This document shows, one piece after another, positions 39,586 through 49,921 of a stretch of DNA of 55,434 nucleotides. The notes below the pieces were generated by a model. The model ran no database searches. It saw only the letters and a program-made list of their open reading frames with translations, and was not told the origin of the DNA. The first letter of the stretch is position 1, and every line of letters begins with the position of its first letter. Source of the DNA: Thermoprotei archaeon (GTDB lineage Archaea; Thermoproteota; Thermoprotei; Thermoproteales; B15-G16); assembly GCA_003649205.1 (NCBI GenBank), contig QMRC01000013.1, positions 1 through 55,434 of the forward strand, in the 5' to 3' direction. Position numbers and translations under genes: made by a program.

Positions 39586-40158
39586 CTACTTCTTAACCTC
39601 CCTAAGAACATCTATGAGTGCGGACAGAGCATCAAGACAATTACGAAGGAAAACCGAGGAAGGATCCTCACCACGAACTTCAATACTCTTTACAGCATCA
39701 AGAATACTCTCGAGATCCTGTCTACTTAAGGAAAGGAGCTTCCTTGCGCAACGAAATACTAGGTAGCTCATGCTAGAGAATTCGCCTCTGAGAACAGCTT
39801 TTGCAGCGCTTGGTAATTCCTTCTCAAGATCAAGATCTTCAACTCCATCTCTTGTAAGACCTATCACGAACTGATGTAGAATGTGAAGGAGGTCACAAAC
39901 TCTATACCTCACGTACCTTCCTCTATCATCAACGTACTCACACTCAGCTAGTAACATGGTTGAGTAGTCATGGAGTTTAAGTGCTAATTCACGTAGTTTG
40001 TCCCTATCGTGGAGAATCGAGAAGACGACGTCAAGTAGCTTACGGACATAAGGTCTAATATCTACGGTATCTACCTTCTCGAGAACTCTAAGCAGTTCAT
40101 CAAAGATACTACTGATGTCTCCAATGTATAGCGACATACTTTTAGCCTCAGACAACAA
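39586..40158 (-). CDS. Hypothetical helical protein
   Basis: ORF translationally coupled to the DUF5678-like gene. Confidence 0.65.
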   Translation of the reverse strand: MLSEAKSMSLYIGDISSIFDELLRVLEKVDTVDIRPYVRKLLDVVFSILHDRDKLRELALKLHDYSTMLLAECEYVDDRGRYVRYRVCDLLHILHQFVIGLTRDGVEDLDLEKELPSAAKAVLRGEFSSMSYLVFRCARKLLSLSRQDLESILDAVKSIEVRGEDPSSVFLRNCLDALSALIDVLREVKK

Positions 40159-40216
40159 GAACTTGTACTTGAGGTAGCAATAAAGTTTTACCTAGGTACC
40201 GAGTAAGGGTTGTCTC

Positions 40217-41452
40217 ATGAAGATTGTGTTGACATTTCAGGGTATCGAACACAGGTTCCAGTGTACTAGATGTGGTTCATGCTGTAGCGACTATATCAGG
40301 TTGACGCCGATGGAAGCTAAAGTGTTGAAGAAGGTAGCTAGTGACAGAGGTCTATCAGACGTAATTGATGACATTGCATGTGTCATTGTGCCGACAGAAT
40401 CTGGGACTTGCCCATTTGTTGCGTTTGGTAATGTAGCTACCTGTACCATATATGGTGATAGACCAGGTGTCTGTAGGTTATTTCCCATCTACATAGCGGT
40501 TCCTAAACCTGGGGAAATCTTTGTTGATCTGTATCGTTGTCCTGGTGTTGATCGTGGTGATGGAGTGGTCATTACTGAGGAGTACGTACGTAGGTTGCTA
40601 AGTGAAGTTCCCACAGGTGAGGAGTTCCTCAAGTGGTGCTACTACGATTCTAGGTTCTCGTTAGGTGGATTGCTACCACTGTGTATTGTCGATGACTTAG
40701 TTGTGTTGCTTGATTTCGATGGTAAGAGAGCCTTTATGTGGTGTATAGCTGATGTCCTTAGAGAATTGGACTGTAGCTCTCTTGTAGAAGCTACATTAGC
40801 TATTTCGTGGGCATTTGAGAAGTATTGTCAGCACCTAGCTAGCTTACGTCGTGAAGGTTCTTGTCGTAGAGTTATGGTTAGTGGTCGTGAGTACTATGTA
40901 CTTCGTCTAGGTAAGGATTGCGTTGAGAGCTGTATTTCTGACCTGAGGAAGTTTCTGAAGGAGTTAGCGTGTAAGTACTTGGAGAGTAGGGATGATGTTA
41001 GAGGTAGAGTTCTCAAGGTTCTCAAGATGTTGGTTAGCGAGGGTACTAGTGTTGAGGTACCTGAGGAGGTTCTACTGATGAGGTTTTCGGATGATGCATT
41101 GAGGTTTGGTAGGGACTATATGTGGGAGGTCTTGAGAAGGGTAGGTGTATTGGAGCCAGCATACCTTACATACATTACTGAAGTTCTCAGAGGTGGATTA
41201 GTTGGGTTAGTTGCTATGATTGAGATATTGGCTAAGACTAGTGCGAGGCTAAGTGGTAGGGACATTGTTGAGGTTTCTGACCTGAGGTACGCTATTGCTG
41301 AGAGTGATCTAGCTTGTAAGTACGTATTTGAGCGTGTGCTTGAGTCTGTACTAGAGATTGATCCTATACTCTCACTACTACTAGCTAGAAGGATTAAACG
41401 TAGAATGAAATTCTTAATTAAGAGATTGTTGAGTCATGGAGGTAGTTCTTAG
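40217..41452 (+). CDS. YkgJ-family cysteine-cluster protein with long C-terminal extension
   Basis: CTRCGSCC, CPF, CTIYGDRPGVCRLFP, CPG. Confidence 0.82.
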   Translation: MKIVLTFQGIEHRFQCTRCGSCCSDYIRLTPMEAKVLKKVASDRGLSDVIDDIACVIVPTESGTCPFVAFGNVATCTIYGDRPGVCRLFPIYIAVPKPGEIFVDLYRCPGVDRGDGVVITEEYVRRLLSEVPTGEEFLKWCYYDSRFSLGGLLPLCIVDDLVVLLDFDGKRAFMWCIADVLRELDCSSLVEATLAISWAFEKYCQHLASLRREGSCRRVMVSGREYYVLRLGKDCVESCISDLRKFLKELACKYLESRDDVRGRVLKVLKMLVSEGTSVEVPEEVLLMRFSDDALRFGRDYMWEVLRRVGVLEPAYLTYITEVLRGGLVGLVAMIEILAKTSARLSGRDIVEVSDLRYAIAESDLACKYVFERVLESVLEIDPILSLLLARRIKRRMKFLIKRLLSHGGSS

Positions 41453-41473
41453 AGTTTATAACTTAGTGCCACT

Positions 41474-42640
41474 GTGGATTACTGTGTGGAGTTGAGTATG
41501 TCATCTATTCTGAGTAAGGTGATTGAGATCTGTAGACTGTATCCGGAGGTTGCTGAGTGCAGCTACTTACTCTCTCAGTATCGTGGTGATGAGCCTATTG
41601 ATGAGTTACTACCACTACTCAAGTTGAGATACGGTGGTAGGTTTCGGAATGTACTCTCGATGTGTCTCCTCGTGCTGAAGCTAAGTGAAGAGGAGAGGAG
41701 TACACTATGCTCAGTTATAGCTACCGAACTACGAAAGGTATTGGAGGAGCTGGTTCTCAACAGAATTAAGAGTGAAGGTGATAGAGCTGAGAAGGTACTT
41801 AAGGTCTTTGCGAAGTACTGTAGTAGTGAAGTTGACCTAGATACCCTATCAGCATTAATGGAGTTAGCTACAGGTACAGGTGCTGAACTGCTACTGAAGC
41901 TAGGTATACTGAATAAGGTTAGTCGCGACACCGTACTGGTACCTCAGTACGTATATAACATACTTGCGCAGTATGCTGAACTACCTGAGGAGAAGCACTA
42001 CATACCGATATACGAGAGGTTCATGAGTTTAGTTGAGGCTAAGCCCTACGTACTAGCTATTATAGAGAATTACTTGGTTGGAGATGACGTAGATTATGAC
42101 CTTCTCTATGCACTCTATGGTGTAAATTACGAAGATGCGATCAAGGAGGTCTATGTACCTGAAATATGTAAGTTAACGAGATCAGGAACTCTAGTTGTTA
42201 ATCCACTGACTACACAGGATACAGTACTATGTGAGCTATTTGAAGTGAAGACAAAGGTTGCTAGAGATAAGATGAGTCATGTACTTGTGCTACCAGGACA
42301 GGTAGAGTTCGATACTAGAGTTCGTGCTCTAGTCTCGTACATGTACCTACCTGAAACAGGAGGTTCACTAGCAATACTACTGTTTCCTTGGTTTGCACCA
42401 TCGAGGAGAGTACTGTACTGGAATTGGAGAGCTAATCGCATAGTAGTTCTCCTAGGTAAGCCAAGACCTGAGTTCCTCGAATTAGTGACTTACGATAGAA
42501 AACTTGATAGAACAGCTTGGCTCTTCATGTCAGAACACACGACCCTTCATTACATACCACCGAAGTACGAGGCATCTACAATCAAGAAATTCCTTGAGGA
42601 ATTAAGAGATGAAGGATTTGAGATAATAGAGGTCACGTAG
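41474..42640 (+). CDS. Hypothetical protein
   Basis: 388-aa ORF with genome-typical codon usage. Confidence 0.7.
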   Translation: MDYCVELSMSSILSKVIEICRLYPEVAECSYLLSQYRGDEPIDELLPLLKLRYGGRFRNVLSMCLLVLKLSEEERSTLCSVIATELRKVLEELVLNRIKSEGDRAEKVLKVFAKYCSSEVDLDTLSALMELATGTGAELLLKLGILNKVSRDTVLVPQYVYNILAQYAELPEEKHYIPIYERFMSLVEAKPYVLAIIENYLVGDDVDYDLLYALYGVNYEDAIKEVYVPEICKLTRSGTLVVNPLTTQDTVLCELFEVKTKVARDKMSHVLVLPGQVEFDTRVRALVSYMYLPETGGSLAILLFPWFAPSRRVLYWNWRANRIVVLLGKPRPEFLELVTYDRKLDRTAWLFMSEHTTLHYIPPKYEASTIKKFLEELRDEGFEIIEVT

Positions 42641-42686
42641 GGAAACGGTACTACAAATAAATATGTCTACGTGGGTTAGTCCTCTA

Positions 42687-42735
42687 GTGATGACTCCACG
42701 TGGCGTTGATGAGTGATATAGCTTACAAGGTCTGA
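42687..42735 (+). ncRNA. C/D-box sRNA 5
   Basis: C GUGAUGA, D' UUGA, C' GUGAUAU, D CUGA, 12-nt guides; AAATAAATA upstream. Confidence 0.85.
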
Positions 42736-42808
42736 CTAGGTTAAGGTGGCCACGTGGATTAAGTTTTATTTTCTCTATTAACTTCTGTTCTTCAGTACGT
42801 TACTTGAG

Positions 42809-44179
42809 GTGAACTCCTTGGGTAGGTTGTTCGGTACTGATGGAGTTCGTGGTGTGGTTAATCGAGAATTGACTCCAGAGTTTGTCACTAGGCTAGCACT
42901 TGCTATAGGCACTTACTTCAGTGGTGGTGAAGTACTTCTTGGACATGATGGTAGATCAAGTAGTGTGGCGTATGCAGGTATTGTCGCAGGTTGCCTAGCA
43001 TCATGTGGATGTGAGGTCTATAACCTAGGTTACACGCCAACACCAACACTTCAGTACTTAGTCAAGAAGCACGGTTTCTCGGGTGGTGTAATGGTTACTG
43101 CATCCCATAATCCACCAGAGTACAACGGCATTAAGGTCATTAGTAGATTCGGAATTGAGATCCCTAGGGAGGATGAGCGGAAAATTGAGGATATATTCTT
43201 TGAGCAGAGATTCACTAGAGTTGACTACAGTAAGTTTGGTAAGGTTTATAGCTGTAGTGAGCTAATTGAGGATTACATAGACGATGTTGTGGCTAAAGTC
43301 GATGCTGACTTAATAGCTAAGAGGAGGTTTAAGGTGTTGCTTGATTGTGCTAATGGTGTAGCCTCCTTAACAGCTCCAGAGGTTGCTAGGAGGTTGGGTG
43401 CTAAAGTCATTTCAGTTAACTCACATATTGATGGTACGTTCCCAGGTAGAGCACCGGAACCAACTCCAGAGACCTTAGTGTCAACAGCTGAAATGGTAAA
43501 GAAACTCGATGTGGATTTTGGTGTTGCCTACGATGGTGATGGTGATCGATCGATCTTCATTGATAGGAGAGGAAGAGTTATCTGGGGTGATAGGTCAGGT
43601 ACATTACTCGCGATGTATCTCGTTGATAAGGGTAGGAGAGGACCTGTAGTTACAGCTGTATCGTCGTCATCCCTTGTCGAGGAGATCCTCAAGAAGAAGG
43701 GTGTTGATGTTGTGTGGACTCCTGTTGGTGCTATCTACATAGCGTGGAAGATCGTGGAGCTAAATGCTTGCTGTGGGTTTGAGGAGAATGGTGGTTTCCT
43801 CTATCCTGAGTTAGTACCTGTTAGAGATGGTACTATGACTACAGCATTGATGATGCAGATGTTAGCTGATCTAAATGCTAGTCTAGATGAATTATACGAT
43901 AAGTTACCAAGTTACGTACTGCTGAAGACAAAGGTAAGGCTTGAACCAGAGAAGAAGGTACTAGTACCAAAACTCATTGAGAGGTTGTCAGCTGAATTCA
44001 GTGAATACAAGTGCATCACAGTTGATGGAATAAAGGTTATCATGCCAGATGGTTGGTTCCTGGTCAGACCTTCAGGTACTGAACCTGTACTGAGGATATT
44101 CATTGAGTTCAAGACCGAGGATAGATTGAGGGAGATCTACGATAAGGTAATGAAAATTATCAAGGAGGTTCTAGGGTAG
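42809..44179 (+). CDS. Phosphohexomutase (phosphoglucosamine mutase / PMM-PGM)
   Basis: FGTDGVRG, TASHNP, DGDGDR, FEENGG, RPSGTEP. Confidence 0.93.
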   Translation: MNSLGRLFGTDGVRGVVNRELTPEFVTRLALAIGTYFSGGEVLLGHDGRSSSVAYAGIVAGCLASCGCEVYNLGYTPTPTLQYLVKKHGFSGGVMVTASHNPPEYNGIKVISRFGIEIPREDERKIEDIFFEQRFTRVDYSKFGKVYSCSELIEDYIDDVVAKVDADLIAKRRFKVLLDCANGVASLTAPEVARRLGAKVISVNSHIDGTFPGRAPEPTPETLVSTAEMVKKLDVDFGVAYDGDGDRSIFIDRRGRVIWGDRSGTLLAMYLVDKGRRGPVVTAVSSSSLVEEILKKKGVDVVWTPVGAIYIAWKIVELNACCGFEENGGFLYPELVPVRDGTMTTALMMQMLADLNASLDELYDKLPSYVLLKTKVRLEPEKKVLVPKLIERLSAEFSEYKCITVDGIKVIMPDGWFLVRPSGTEPVLRIFIEFKTEDRLREIYDKVMKIIKEVLG

Positions 44180-44185
44180 AGTACA

Positions 44186-46012
44186 ATGACACTAGATATT
44201 GAGCTAGTTAGGAAGGTAGCTCTCAAGTATGCTCTCTTAAATGCTATTGAGCATGGTGGAAAGGCGGCTACAGGTCCTGTTGTGAATAAGGTTCTCGGTG
44301 AACTACCTCACTTACGTAAGGTAGCTAGAGAGATTGTGAAGGTTGTACAGGAAATTGTTCAGGAAGTAAATTTAATGAGTATTGACAAACAGAAGAGACT
44401 TCTCGAAGAGAAATTCCCAGAAGTGCTTAAGTCGAGGGAAAGACCAAGTGAGGAGAAGAAGCTGCCTCCACTACCTAACGTCAATAAGTGGGGTAGAGTC
44501 GTAACTAGATTCGCACCTAATCCTGATTTTGTATTACATTTAGGTAGTGCAAGACCTGCTATATTGAGCTACGAGTATGCTAGGTTGTACAACGGTAAGT
44601 TCATACTTAGATTTGAGGACACGGATCCTAGAACTAAGAGACCATTGCTCGATCCAGATAGAGGTATTGATGCGTACGAGATGATTAGGGAAGACCTTAG
44701 ATGGTTAGGACTTAGGTGGAGTGAGGAGTACATTCAATCAGAGAGGTTAGAGATCTACTATAGTTATGCGAAGAAGTTAATTGAGTTGGGAGGAGCTTAC
44801 GTATGTACTTGCCCAGCTGAGAAGTGGAGAGAGTACAGAGACAGGGGAATGGCTTGTCCCTGTAGGAATAGAATGATTGAGGAGAATCTTGAGCTATGGG
44901 ATAGATTAGTGAATGGTCAACCTGTGATTCCGGGCAAGAATAGACTAGATGAAGGTGATGCCGTACTACGTGTGAAAACAGATCTAAGCCATCCAGATCC
45001 ATCAGTTAGAGATTGGGTTGCCTTTAGGATCGTAGATCCTGAGAAATATCCTCACCCATACCTACTTTATAGATATGGTAGGAACAAAGCTCTAAGATAT
45101 TGGATGTGGCCAACATACAACTTCGCCTGTGCAATAGATGATCACCTAATGGGTGTAACACATATCTTGAGGGCTCAAGAACATAGTATCAATACAGTTA
45201 AGCAAATGTACATCTACAAGTACATGGGCTGGAAGTACCCAGAAGCAATTCACTTTGGTAGATTAAAGCTAGAGGGTACCGTACTCAGTAAGTCAAGGAT
45301 TAGAGAGGGTATTGAAAGAGGTCTCTTCACAGGATTCGATGACCCTAGATTACCTACTCTAGCTGGTTTAAGGAGGAGAGGTATCTTACCCGAGACTATA
45401 TGGAGGATAATCTTGGACGTTGGGATAAAGCCAACTGATGCATCGATAAGTCTCGAAAACCTCTTCTCAATAAATAAGAAGATACTTGATCCACAAGTAG
45501 ATAGGTACATGTTCGTACCAGATCCCGTAAAGTTAGTTATTGAGGATGTACCTAGTGAACTCGAAGCAGTACTGAAGAGACACCCCACAAGAACTGAGAG
45601 AGGTGCGAGGGTTCTAAAGCTTCGTCCAGAGAACAGTGAGCTAACACTCTACATCTCTAGAAGCGATCTAGAGCTTATGAAGGTGGGGTTAATAGTTAGG
45701 TTAATGGAGCTATGTAATGTAACGGTACTCGAAGTAAGTCGAGACATCATTAGAGCTAGATACCATAGCAAGGATGTAAGTGAGGTAAAGAAGTTTGAAC
45801 CACCAATAATTCAGTGGGTTCACCCAGCCTATAGCGTAGAGGTATCTGTCATAGTTCCTGAAGGTATGAACCTTAAAACAGTACGTGGTCTTGCAGAGGA
45901 CTCCGTAAGACAGCTAGAGGTAGGTGCTAGAATTCAGTTTGTAAGATTTGGATTTGTTAAACTCGATGAGAGAACACCTTCTGAGCTAAGGTTTATATAC
46001 ATACATCCCTAG
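44186..46012 (+). CDS. gltX: Glutamyl-tRNA synthetase
   Basis: TRFAPNP..HLGS, RFEDTDP, PTYNFACAIDD, LSKS, QFVRFGF. Confidence 0.96.
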   Translation: MTLDIELVRKVALKYALLNAIEHGGKAATGPVVNKVLGELPHLRKVAREIVKVVQEIVQEVNLMSIDKQKRLLEEKFPEVLKSRERPSEEKKLPPLPNVNKWGRVVTRFAPNPDFVLHLGSARPAILSYEYARLYNGKFILRFEDTDPRTKRPLLDPDRGIDAYEMIREDLRWLGLRWSEEYIQSERLEIYYSYAKKLIELGGAYVCTCPAEKWREYRDRGMACPCRNRMIEENLELWDRLVNGQPVIPGKNRLDEGDAVLRVKTDLSHPDPSVRDWVAFRIVDPEKYPHPYLLYRYGRNKALRYWMWPTYNFACAIDDHLMGVTHILRAQEHSINTVKQMYIYKYMGWKYPEAIHFGRLKLEGTVLSKSRIREGIERGLFTGFDDPRLPTLAGLRRRGILPETIWRIILDVGIKPTDASISLENLFSINKKILDPQVDRYMFVPDPVKLVIEDVPSELEAVLKRHPTRTERGARVLKLRPENSELTLYISRSDLELMKVGLIVRLMELCNVTVLEVSRDIIRARYHSKDVSEVKKFEPPIIQWVHPAYSVEVSVIVPEGMNLKTVRGLAEDSVRQLEVGARIQFVRFGFVKLDERTPSELRFIYIHP

Positions 46013-46037
46013 AGTAGAGTTGAGTTAGGCGATAAAC

Positions 46038-46478
46038 ATGTTTGAATCTAGCATATCTGGTAGGTCCGTTAGGAAGCTACTTAGACTCATAGAGAGGAAT
46101 CTAGAGGCACAGAAAGAGATGAAGAAAATTCTAGAAGAAAGTCTTAGATCTATTGATAAAGGTGATAGACTATCACTCCTCCTCTCAGCACAACTAGCCT
46201 GCATGTACATAGAACAGAACTTGTACGAACTTGAGAAGTGGCTTCAATCCTCGCAAATAATGTCTCTAATGCCTAAAGAGCTGCTCAAGGAGTTTAGTGA
46301 AGAAATTCTAAAGATAGCGGAAGAACTCATTGAGTTCGATATAAAGCACACCTCAGAGTACCGAGACTACATGTATAAGTTACTTAGAGAGGATAAGTTA
46401 CCTAAGATCTTCCTAACATCATTTACAAGACCTGGAGAAGAGAGAAGAGAGGAAAGGAGAATACCATACTTAGTATAA
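46038..46478 (+). CDS. DUF2153 family protein
   Basis: DRLSLLL...WLQ...MPKELL...LIEFDIKHTS. Confidence 0.8.
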   Translation: MFESSISGRSVRKLLRLIERNLEAQKEMKKILEESLRSIDKGDRLSLLLSAQLACMYIEQNLYELEKWLQSSQIMSLMPKELLKEFSEEILKIAEELIEFDIKHTSEYRDYMYKLLREDKLPKIFLTSFTRPGEERREERRIPYLV

Positions 46479-46479
46479 C

Positions 46480-47337
46480 TCATCTCTTAATGACAGTAAA
46501 TCCATGTACTTTACCTAGCTCGTTAGCAATTTCATATAACCTCTTTCTTAAACCACCCTTAATCCCCTTCCAATCAAAGATAATCTCAGTGACAACTTCA
46601 CTACATCTCTTAACTGCCATAACAATTTCATTACTACTAATTCCCTCAAGTACATACTCCGGAACTATGTGCCCAAATGCAATCCCCTCTCTAAGCGCTA
46701 TTGAAGTGAATTTAGGTGCGTAGTGTGGTCCTCCAATGCCTACAGCCACATGCTTAACCTGTTTTGCCTCAATAGCTGCCTCGATAGCATGAACAAGTAC
46801 CTCAGCTGCTTTCTCATTCCTCCATTCCTCCTCGCTACTACCAATTTCTATGAACATTACAGGAGTTGCCTCAAGGTATGGCCCATGGTGTGTTGCTTCA
46901 TAACTTATAGACCAGCCCTCAAGACCAAATTCTCTGCTCAGATTATGTAGAGTACGAAGGGCTTCAAGCATATTTGAAGGTGGTGCAATACATATTGAAC
47001 GAGGTCTACCGCCATACCTAGCTTCATCAGTCCAATTTCCAGGTACGTGAGTTAGTAAACTCGGTCTTCTACTAGCTGATTCGTGTCTACTAACGAAGAT
47101 GAACAGTTGTGTCACTACGTAGTTTTCTAGGTAATCAACGTACAGTAAGTCGTCAGGAACAGAAATCACGTAGAATCTTTCATCAGGATCCTTATAGACT
47201 TCACTACCGAATAGGTAGGTACCTGTATTCCTCAACCTAGATATCTCAATTAACTTCTTCAGTACTGTATCTGAAGCAGGATCAACCCTTGAGGTCACAA
47301 TACAGTACCTACATGCCAGCTTATGGGTAGTCGACAT
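46480..47337 (-). CDS. dtdA: D-aminoacyl-tRNA deacylase (DTD2)
   Basis: SRH, LTHVPGN, YEATHHGP, FIEIGS, GGPHYAP. Confidence 0.93.
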   Translation of the reverse strand: MSTTHKLACRYCIVTSRVDPASDTVLKKLIEISRLRNTGTYLFGSEVYKDPDERFYVISVPDDLLYVDYLENYVVTQLFIFVSRHESASRRPSLLTHVPGNWTDEARYGGRPRSICIAPPSNMLEALRTLHNLSREFGLEGWSISYEATHHGPYLEATPVMFIEIGSSEEEWRNEKAAEVLVHAIEAAIEAKQVKHVAVGIGGPHYAPKFTSIALREGIAFGHIVPEYVLEGISSNEIVMAVKRCSEVVTEIIFDWKGIKGGLRKRLYEIANELGKVHGFTVIKR

Positions 47338-47399
47338 ACAACTTTATGAGGAATAACACCTTAATTAGGGTCTCCTAGGTGTGTTACTGAGGTGTTTGT

Positions 47400-47984
47400 G
47401 TGTTTACTAGGGATGAGATTAAAGACTTAGTTGTGGCACTAGCGATTACGATCCTCATATTCTCCTCAGGTATGTATAGACAGCCAATATTATCGCTAGT
47501 GACGGTACTATCCAATCCAAAGCTCTTGCTATACGTAATTACTGTGGTTACCATATCCTTAGTCCCTCACGAATTTCTTCACAAGTACGTAGCTATGAAG
47601 TTAGGTTACCCAGCTAGGTACATGTTATCTAAGAGGCTAGCGCTATTATCCCTCATAAGCATACTTCTACCGTTTAAGATCATCGCTACAGGTTATGTAG
47701 CAGTCTTCTCTTGGTACCCCATACCTAGGAGAGATGAAGGTTTGATTGCTGTTGCTGGTCCTACGATAAATCTTATACTTGCACTCGCAACTACAACACT
47801 GTACGTAGTATTAGGGAACTTCTTACTATGGTTCATTGCATGGATTAACTCTCTAATCCTATTCTTCAACCTACTACCAATACCACCACTTGATGGCTGG
47901 AGGATACTGAAGTGGAGCTTTAAGCTGTGGATTACCATATTTCTAATCTCAATAGCGCTACTGGTAGTAACATACGTGGTGTAG
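47400..47984 (+). CDS. M50 site-2 protease family membrane peptidase
   Basis: HEFLH, AGP, FNLLPIPPLDG. Confidence 0.92.
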   Translation: MFTRDEIKDLVVALAITILIFSSGMYRQPILSLVTVLSNPKLLLYVITVVTISLVPHEFLHKYVAMKLGYPARYMLSKRLALLSLISILLPFKIIATGYVAVFSWYPIPRRDEGLIAVAGPTINLILALATTTLYVVLGNFLLWFIAWINSLILFFNLLPIPPLDGWRILKWSFKLWITIFLISIALLVVTYVV

Positions 47985-47987
47985 AGT

Positions 47988-49040
47988 ATGGGTCTTGAGC
48001 TATGGTTTGATGTACTTACACCGAAGCATGCTAGAATGGCCTCTGTACTGTACCATGAGCTAGGTGGTAGGGTACTTGTGACCTGTAGAGAGCACGACTG
48101 CACCAGGTACATACTGGAGAAGTATGGTGTGAAGTACGTGTGTATTGGGAAGTATGGTGGAGGTACTAGAGAGGGAAAGTTGAGAGCATACGCTGAGAGA
48201 GTGTTAAAGCTAGTTGACTTAATCTCTAGCTCAGGAACTAGAGTCCACGTATCCATGTGTTCACCAGAGGGCGTTAGAGTAGCTTTTGGACTAGGTAAAC
48301 CAATTCTACTACTTGTAGATACTCCTCACTCATACTATGTCTGCAGATTAACGGTACCACTAGCTAGTGCACTACTACTACCAAAGTGTATTACTGCTGA
48401 TAGGTTATCGTATGCTCTACCTAGGTGTGGTGTGGTTATCGAGTACTTTGATGGAGTTTTTGAGGTTGCGTGGATTTTGAGACATAGAGTGGATCCTGAT
48501 GAGTTGTCCAAGCTAGGTTTAGAGGAGTTTAGGTACATTCTCGTTAGAACAGGTGAAACATTAGCTTCTTACTACAGTGCACGTGATGTAACTGGAGTGG
48601 ATCAAGTGCTTCATCTTCTCTCTGAGAAGCTTCCTAGTAATACAAAGATCCTTGCAATACCTAGGTATCCAGAACATGTTGAGTACCTAGAGAAGTTAAG
48701 GAGGGTAATTGTTCCGAGAGAACCTGTAGATACACTATCTCTATGTAGGTACGCTATAGCTGTTATCTCAGGTGGTGGAACAGTAGCTACAGAAGCCGCA
48801 CTGCTAGGTACACCAGCAATAACGGTATTTCCACATGACTTCGAAGTTAGAAAGTTTGTAGCGTCAAGAGGATACCCGCTCTACTGGTGCCCTAATCCTT
48901 ACGAAGCTGTGAAGAAGGTTCTTAGCATAGTCAAACGTGTTAAAGCTCATCGGGGGGATTTACTAAAGGTAAGTGATGTGCTAGAGGATCCAATACCAAA
49001 GATCATTCAGATTTGTAGACAATTCTTGGATTCTTCTTAA
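47988..49040 (+). CDS. DUF354 family GT-B-fold protein
   Basis: WFDVLTPKH, RVAFGLG...DTPH, GGGTVATEAALLGTP. Confidence 0.85.
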   Translation: MGLELWFDVLTPKHARMASVLYHELGGRVLVTCREHDCTRYILEKYGVKYVCIGKYGGGTREGKLRAYAERVLKLVDLISSSGTRVHVSMCSPEGVRVAFGLGKPILLLVDTPHSYYVCRLTVPLASALLLPKCITADRLSYALPRCGVVIEYFDGVFEVAWILRHRVDPDELSKLGLEEFRYILVRTGETLASYYSARDVTGVDQVLHLLSEKLPSNTKILAIPRYPEHVEYLEKLRRVIVPREPVDTLSLCRYAIAVISGGGTVATEAALLGTPAITVFPHDFEVRKFVASRGYPLYWCPNPYEAVKKVLSIVKRVKAHRGDLLKVSDVLEDPIPKIIQICRQFLDSS

Positions 49041-49389
49041 TGCACTCTATAATCTTCATGAGGAAGAGAGCTTCCATATAGTCTACTCTATCTTCGAGAC
49101 ATTTAATACCCCTCTTCTCGATTTCAGCTAGAAACTCGTCAATGCTCTTACCTCTTCTCCTCTCGATATCCTCAAGTAGCTTCCTAAGATACTCTGGAGA
49201 GAATCCACCATATTCACGGTAGCAAGGTGGGTACGGTATACCGAGTTCCTTACACAACTGCACAATGACGTAGCAGGTCTCAGGATCTCTACCTTCAGGA
49301 CATCTATCTATACAGAACATCATAGCATACTTGATTAATTTCTCAAGAACCCACCTAGGAACAGTGATAAAGTCCTCAGAACACGTCAT
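49003..49389 (-). CDS. Hypothetical Cys-rich protein
   Basis: CIDRCPEGRDPETC..C..PC; GAGGT RBS. Confidence 0.7.
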   Translation of the reverse strand: MTCSEDFITVPRWVLEKLIKYAMMFCIDRCPEGRDPETCYVIVQLCKELGIPYPPCYREYGGFSPEYLRKLLEDIERRRGKSIDEFLAEIEKRGIKCLEDRVDYMEALFLMKIIECIKKNPRIVYKSE

Positions 49390-49432
49390 AAGTACTAAAC
49401 CTCGTATTTCACAATAAGATTACAAACTATTA

Positions 49433-49921
49433 ATGGGATTACGCATGGATTACCAAATACAGCACAACAGGATACTACTGAGATCGAATAGAAGTACTCT
49501 ATCATTAGTACTGAATCCTCTAGCGTTTAGAGTACGCACTAAAGACGGTACCTTAACTACTGAAAGCGATGAAGTTGCTGTGCTAGCTGGAGTAGAGAAG
49601 TGCTTCAGATATGGATTAGTACTGAGCCTGGTAGTTAAGGTACTGAGTAACATATACCCTCTTGAATGTCCCATAGCTGTAGTAGAGACAGATAAACCAC
49701 ATAGAATCTACATCAACCTACTAGTAGCACTAGACACCATACTGTACTGCACTGCACTTCATGACCAGTACTACACCTACTTTACTCAACACAGCAAATC
49801 TAGGTCGATACTAGTGATGAGGAAGATCTCGGGTAAGGACATCTACTGTGGTGAAACTTCCTCACTAAGAGTATTGCTACTACTTCGACCCAGTATTCGC
49901 TCACATTCCATAATTAATTGA
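49433..49921 (+). CDS. Hypothetical protein (uncertain)
   Basis: ORF fills the gap between convergent genes; no motif recognised. Confidence 0.45.
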   Translation: MGLRMDYQIQHNRILLRSNRSTLSLVLNPLAFRVRTKDGTLTTESDEVAVLAGVEKCFRYGLVLSLVVKVLSNIYPLECPIAVVETDKPHRIYINLLVALDTILYCTALHDQYYTYFTQHSKSRSILVMRKISGKDIYCGETSSLRVLLLLRPSIRSHSIIN

